A program made the translations under genes and the position numbers. From NCBI RefSeq assembly GCF_902713615.1, contig NW_024055461.1:1287877-1351876 (forward strand): 64,000 nt of DNA. The letters are read 5' to 3'. The notes under the pieces are model-generated. The model was given only the letters and a program-made list of their open reading frames with translations, had not been told where the DNA came from and ran no database searches. Positions 58,853 to 64,000 of this stretch are shown here, piece after piece (position 1 is the first letter of the stretch; every line of letters starts with the position of its first letter). The stretch is from Scyliorhinus canicula (taxonomy: Eukaryota).

Positions 58853-59840
58853 AAAGAACAAAGAACAATACAGCACAGGAACAGGCCCTTCGGCCCTCCA
58901 AGCCTGTGCCAATCACATGTCCTATCTAGACCAACCACCTGTATTCTTCTATACCCCATCTGTTCATGTGCCTATCCAGATGTCTTAAAAGTCGCTAACG
59001 TATCTGCCTGAACCATCTGACTTGGCAGCGCATTCCAGGCCACCACCTCCCTTTGTGTAAAAAAACTTCTCCCGCACATCTCCACTGAATCCATCCCCCT
59101 CACCTTGAACTTGTGCCCCATTGTACTTTTCAATTCCGCCCTGGGAAAAAGTGTCCAACTGTTTATCCTATCCATACCCCTAATAATTTTATAAACTTTT
59201 ATCAGGTCGCCCCTCAGCCTCTGTCTCTCCAAGGAGAACAATCCCAGTTTATTCAATCTCCCCTCATAGCTAGTACCCTCCATACCAGGCAACATCCTGG
59301 TAAACCTTTTCTGAACTCTCTCCAAAGCCTCCACGTCCTTCTGGAAGTGCGGTGACCAGAATTGGAACACAGTATTCCAAATGTGGCCTAACCAACGTTC
59401 TATGTAACTGGAACATAATCTTTTGAGTTTTTATACTCAATACCCCATCCTATGAAGGCAAGCTTGCTGTCTGCTTTCTTCACCACCATTTCCATCTGTG
59501 CTGCCATTTTTAAGGATCTGTGGGCCTGCACACCCAGATCTCTCGGTGTCTCTGCTCCTGATGGTTCTGCCATATATTTTACAGCTTCCACGTGAATTGG
59601 ATCTACCAAAATGTATCACCTCAAATTTGTCCGAGTTAAATTCCACTTGCCATTTCTCCAGCCAATTTTGCTGCCTCCGTATATCCTGTTGTATTCTATG
59701 ACAATTTTCATCACTATCTGCAATCCTGCAATCTTCGTATCATCTGCAAACTTGCTAATTAGACCTGCTACATTTTCTTCCAAATCATTTATATATATAT
59801 TACAAACAGCAGAGGTCCCAGTACTGATCACTGTGGAACG
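58853..59840 (-). mobile_element. CR1 LINE 3' fragment
   Basis: Minus strand SKFADDTKI, MEFNSDKFEVIHFG and QFWSPHFQKDVEALERVQKRFTRMLPG. Confidence 0.9.
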
Positions 59841-60249
59841 CCATGAGTTACAGATCTCCATTCACTACTTCATTCCATCTGCAGACACACCAGTGCATCC
59901 ACACTGTGCTGTGGGAACTGTGGCAAAGACCGCTCAAAGTCACACACCGTCCTGACTTCAATAAAAACAAACTACTGCAGCTCTGGAAATCTGAAATAAA
60001 CTGAGAACATTCTGAAAATATTCCACAGTCCAGGCAGTAACTGTGGAGAAAGAGTTAACATTTCAGGATGTACAGATGAATTACAGGGAATAAAAGCGAT
60101 GCAAAATGTGATGGTCAATAGAAGCTCAGAAGTGGAATAGAAATGCATATTAGCAAAGGGAAAACATTTGCTGACTGTGAAGGATAAAGCTGGTAAATCA
60201 GCAGCACATGGTCAGGGGACAGACAGCGCTGGGCACCTCAAAGCGAAGC

Positions 60250-61400
60250 CGCTAGTTTGTTATTGGGGGTGTTGAGGCCTCCACTGGGTGTGTGTGACGC
60301 CTCCCCTCCCACCCACTGCCCCTAACGCCTCCTTCCTGCCTGAAGATGAGACAAACAAGCGTATGTACCTGGACATGAGCTGCACTGCGCATGCACCACA
60401 TCACAATGTCGAGAGAGTGATTGACGGCAGCTCCGGACCAATAGGAAGACGGGGCGGGACTGGAGGACCGATCGGGAGAGGCTGGTCTTCCAACCAATCG
60501 GAGTGAGTGAAGGTGGGTGGGACTTCGACTGAAGCATGCGCAGTGCGGGTAATGGCGGTGGAGAGATGCTTTTATTTCGGATCCACAAAGGGTAAGAGGA
60601 CTATTGTTGAACACGGGAGCGATGGATCTGCCTCCTGGGTGGAAAAGTTTTCTAAACATGTTGTCCAAGCCCATACCCGGAAAAATCACTTCCTAGTTCC
60701 CCCGTTTCACGGAGCGGGGCCTCGAGGGTCCGGTGATCGGTTCGTGATAACAACCGCCATCTTTATTCGGGACAATGAGCAGCAGAGCGCATGTGCGGCC
60801 GCCATGTTTGTTGGGGGCAACATTTTCAATAACTGGGAGAAGCTTGTTCCATATTGCTCAGAATAGAGACAACCTGGCCAGCAAACTGCATTACCCGTTG
60901 TCCTGGGTACTTGACCTCCCATTACCCCGGTTTGCACAGACCCAGATATCTATGATCAGAGTAGCAACAGAGAAGTGAAGAAACAAGCAAATTCTACTCT
61001 CTGGATCCCACCAACTCAATGGATATCTGACCCCATGTGCGGCTCTGTTGAGTCACACAGAGACGCATGTCAGAAACACACAATCCTCAGGGCGGCACGG
61101 CGGTGCAGTGGCTAGCACTGCTGCCTATGGCACTAAGGAATTGGGTTCGATGCCGGCCCCGAATCACTGTGTGTGAATCTTCCCGTGTCTGTCTCATCTC
61201 TACAACCCAAAGATGTACAGGGTAGACGGATTGGCCATGCAAAGTTGCTCCTCAACTGGAAAAAAATAATTTGGTACTCTAAGTTTATTTTAATAAAAGA
61301 AAATCTTTTCCCACGGACAGAACAGACAAACGTTTCTTTTACCACATTCACAGGCCAATGATATTCAGGTCCTGATGAATGGAGTGACTCTGTTAAATCT
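60250..61400 (-). repeat. inverted paralogue of 52130-55030 (ZNF promoter and leader exon, without the MITE and SINE insertions)
   Basis: ORFs 60707-60937(-) and 52848-53078(+) are near-identical; SINE positions are shared. Confidence 0.85.
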
Positions 61401-64000
61401 TGAAGTGAAGTTTGATTGGAGTTTCCATCTGTAAATTCTCCACTTGTAATATCCTGTAAAAGAAGCTTTCAAAGAAATCACTGGGGGCAGGCACGGTGGC
61501 TCAGTCGTTAGCCGAGGACCCGGGTTTGATCCCGGCCCCGTGTCACTGTCTGTATGGAGTTTGCACATTCTCCCTGTGTCTGTGTGGGACTCACTCCCAC
61601 AATCCAAAAAGATGTGCAGGGTAGGTGAATTGGCCACGCTAAAATTACCCCTCAATTGGGATAAAAACAATTGGGTAATCTTAAAAAAAAAGTTAATTAA
61701 AAATAAACAAAAGCCAAAATATTAAAAACAAAATTTTACAAAATCCATTACCAAGTAAGTGCTGAGGAAATGGAGTTTGTAGCAGAGAAGCAAAGACAAT
61801 GGGATAATTTTTTGCAATGTTTAAATGCAGTAAATGTTTGCTCACCCAGTCCAGGATGTCAGTACGGTGTGTGACTGGGAGAGGAATTGGTAGGTGAATG
61901 TGTTCTCATACACATGCTGCCCTGGTCCTTTATGGTGATGGAGGCTGAAGGTTTGAGAGATTTGTCAAATTTCTGGTTAAGTTGTGCATGTATAAAAATC
62001 CTTTCCTTCATTGCCTACCTCGCCCACCTCTCTCTCTCATTGACTCTTCTCCTCTCCCTCCTATCGGAGTCTGAGTCTTGTGAAGGCCCAGACCAGTTGG
62101 CAGATTCCCTTCTCTGAAGGACATTACTGAACCAGTTGAGTTTTTATGACAATCCCGCAGTTTACATGGTCACTTTTTCCTAGTGTCGGCCCCACAAATG
62201 ACCTGATTCATTCAGCTCAATTTCACTCTCACACTCGCTCTTTTATGTTTTCAGTCAATTTCACAGGAGGTTGGACATTGGGGAAGTGAAACACAACATC
62301 ATATCAGAATCATCACATCACGCCACTGTGCTACCCCTTCAGTCGGTATTGTGACCATTCAATGATTCACTGATAAAGAAGCGATGCTGGAGCCAGGGAA
62401 CAACCTCAGGAACCAATGGCCAACCTGATACAAAGCGGCTCTTCATTGATCTGGGAGCTACGGCCCCCCTCGGTGTAAACGGGGAGAGGGGGGATCCACT
62501 CAGATTATTCCCGGGGTTTCCGGAGCCTCTCCGTTCACCCGCTGGACCCTCCGCCCCGCCATTCCCTCCCCCCCCCATTACCCATCACCCGCACTGCACA
62601 TGCTTCACTCACAGTCCAGCCATGCCCCTCATTCACTCCCATTGGTTGGAGTACCTGCGGCTCCCATCTGGTCCTCCAGACCCACCCCCTCTTTTCCTAT
62701 TGGGGCGGAGCCGCCGCCAATCACTCCCTGGGCATTGTGACCTTTCGGGCTGTGACCACGCATGCGTGGTTCAGGTTGTCGCTGATGGTGCGAGGAGCGG
62801 GAAAGAAACATTCGAGCGACTTTCAGGATTGGAGCCGGTGGGTGGCTGGGGAGCAATAGAAGCTGCGGAGTGAGCCGGGAGGCTTCATAAATACCCTGTG
62901 GAGGCTTCAACTCCCGAGGAAAATGTTAACGGTCCCGTCTTAAACAGCACCGAACAGAGTGAGAGCTGAGCGGTGACAAGCCCGGGTTACCGGCCACCAC
63001 CTTTACAGAGAACAAGGTGCCACAGGCGCATGCGCTGCGAGCCTGGATCGGATGCTAACTCTCCCGGATTTACTGACTGGAGTCTCCAGGATTTTATTTT
63101 AATCATTTGTGGGAGTCACTGGCTGGGCCAACTATTTATTGCCCATCCTTAATTTCCCTAGAACTGAGTGGCTTTCTCAGCCACCTCAAGGGCATTTAAA
63201 ATGTCAACCACATTGCTGTGGTTTGGAATCGTGTCGGCCAGACCAGGTATGGATGGCAGATTTTCTTTTCTATTCATTCACGGGATGTGGGTGTCGCTGG
63301 CTGGGCCAGCATTCACTGCCCAGCCCTTATTGCCCTTGAACTGAGTGCATCTCAGAGGGCATTTCAAGAGTCAACAAGCTGACTGTGGATCTGGAGTCAC
63401 ATGGAGGCCAGACCAGGTAAGGATAGAAGGTTTCCTTCACTGAAGGACATGAGTGAACCAGATGGGTCTTTGCAACAAGCGACAATGGTTTCATGGTCAT
63501 CAGTAAACTTTTAATGAATTCAAATGTTACTTTCTGTCTTGGTGAGATTCATGCCTCTGTGTCTGGGAAATCATTGGGACAGTAAAGAAGAATTTTAAAA
63601 AATTTTCTTTGAACATTTCTCTTCAGCGGAGATAAAATGATTGAAAATGGGATAAAGTTTGTTTGGCTGACAGTCAATCACTGTCCTGTAAGGTAATGAG
63701 TCCTTTTCCCATTTGGCCGAGGAAGGCAGTGTGTCACAAGGATGGATGTGTTGACCGATTAATGGTTGGAGGATGGGGGCAGGTCATGTGATCAAATCTC
63801 CAGGAATACATTTAATCAAAGTTGGTGAGGAGAGAATGTTGTGAATTTCTATCCTAAACTGACAGTGAGGTTTCTGTAAATTTACAGGATACTGGAAGTG
63901 GAGGTTTAACAGACGGGAAACACAAACCAAACGTCACATCGCGATCTGACAGAGTCACTCGATTCATTAGAAACTGAATATCAGCAGCATCTGGGTGTGG

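Overview
Vertebrate genomic DNA from a cartilaginous fish, most likely a catshark-type shark (inferred from the IgM sequence and the SINE/LINE families). Bases 1-16.2 kb hold the 3' half of one IgM heavy-chain cluster: a repeat-rich J-C intron, intact Cmu1-Cmu4 with secretory tail (7921-11999), and TM1/TM2 (15493-15767). No V, D or J segment is recognisable in the window. The rest is a TE-dense cluster of effector-less C2H2 zinc-finger genes and pseudogenes with repeated promoter modules, segmental duplications, V-SINEs, CR1/L1/Penelope fragments, Harbinger-type MITEs and an intron-containing tRNA-Pro(CGG)-like gene. The most notable object is a young, complete 9.08-kb endogenous retrovirus (33005-42086) with ~965-bp LTRs about 1% apart, a GTAC target-site duplication and a tRNA-Arg(ACG) PBS. 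Its single open 1635-aa ORF encodes a foamy-virus-like Gag-RT-tether-RNaseH-integrase with no recognisable protease, and there is no env. Four covarying hairpins with an invariant loop follow the PBS, and both LTRs carry a captured, internally deleted fragment resembling the FYVE-coding end of the host gene WDFY3. Family and gene identifications rest on remembered protein motifs, not database searches. TE and repeat boundaries are approximate unless a TSD or splice site is quoted.
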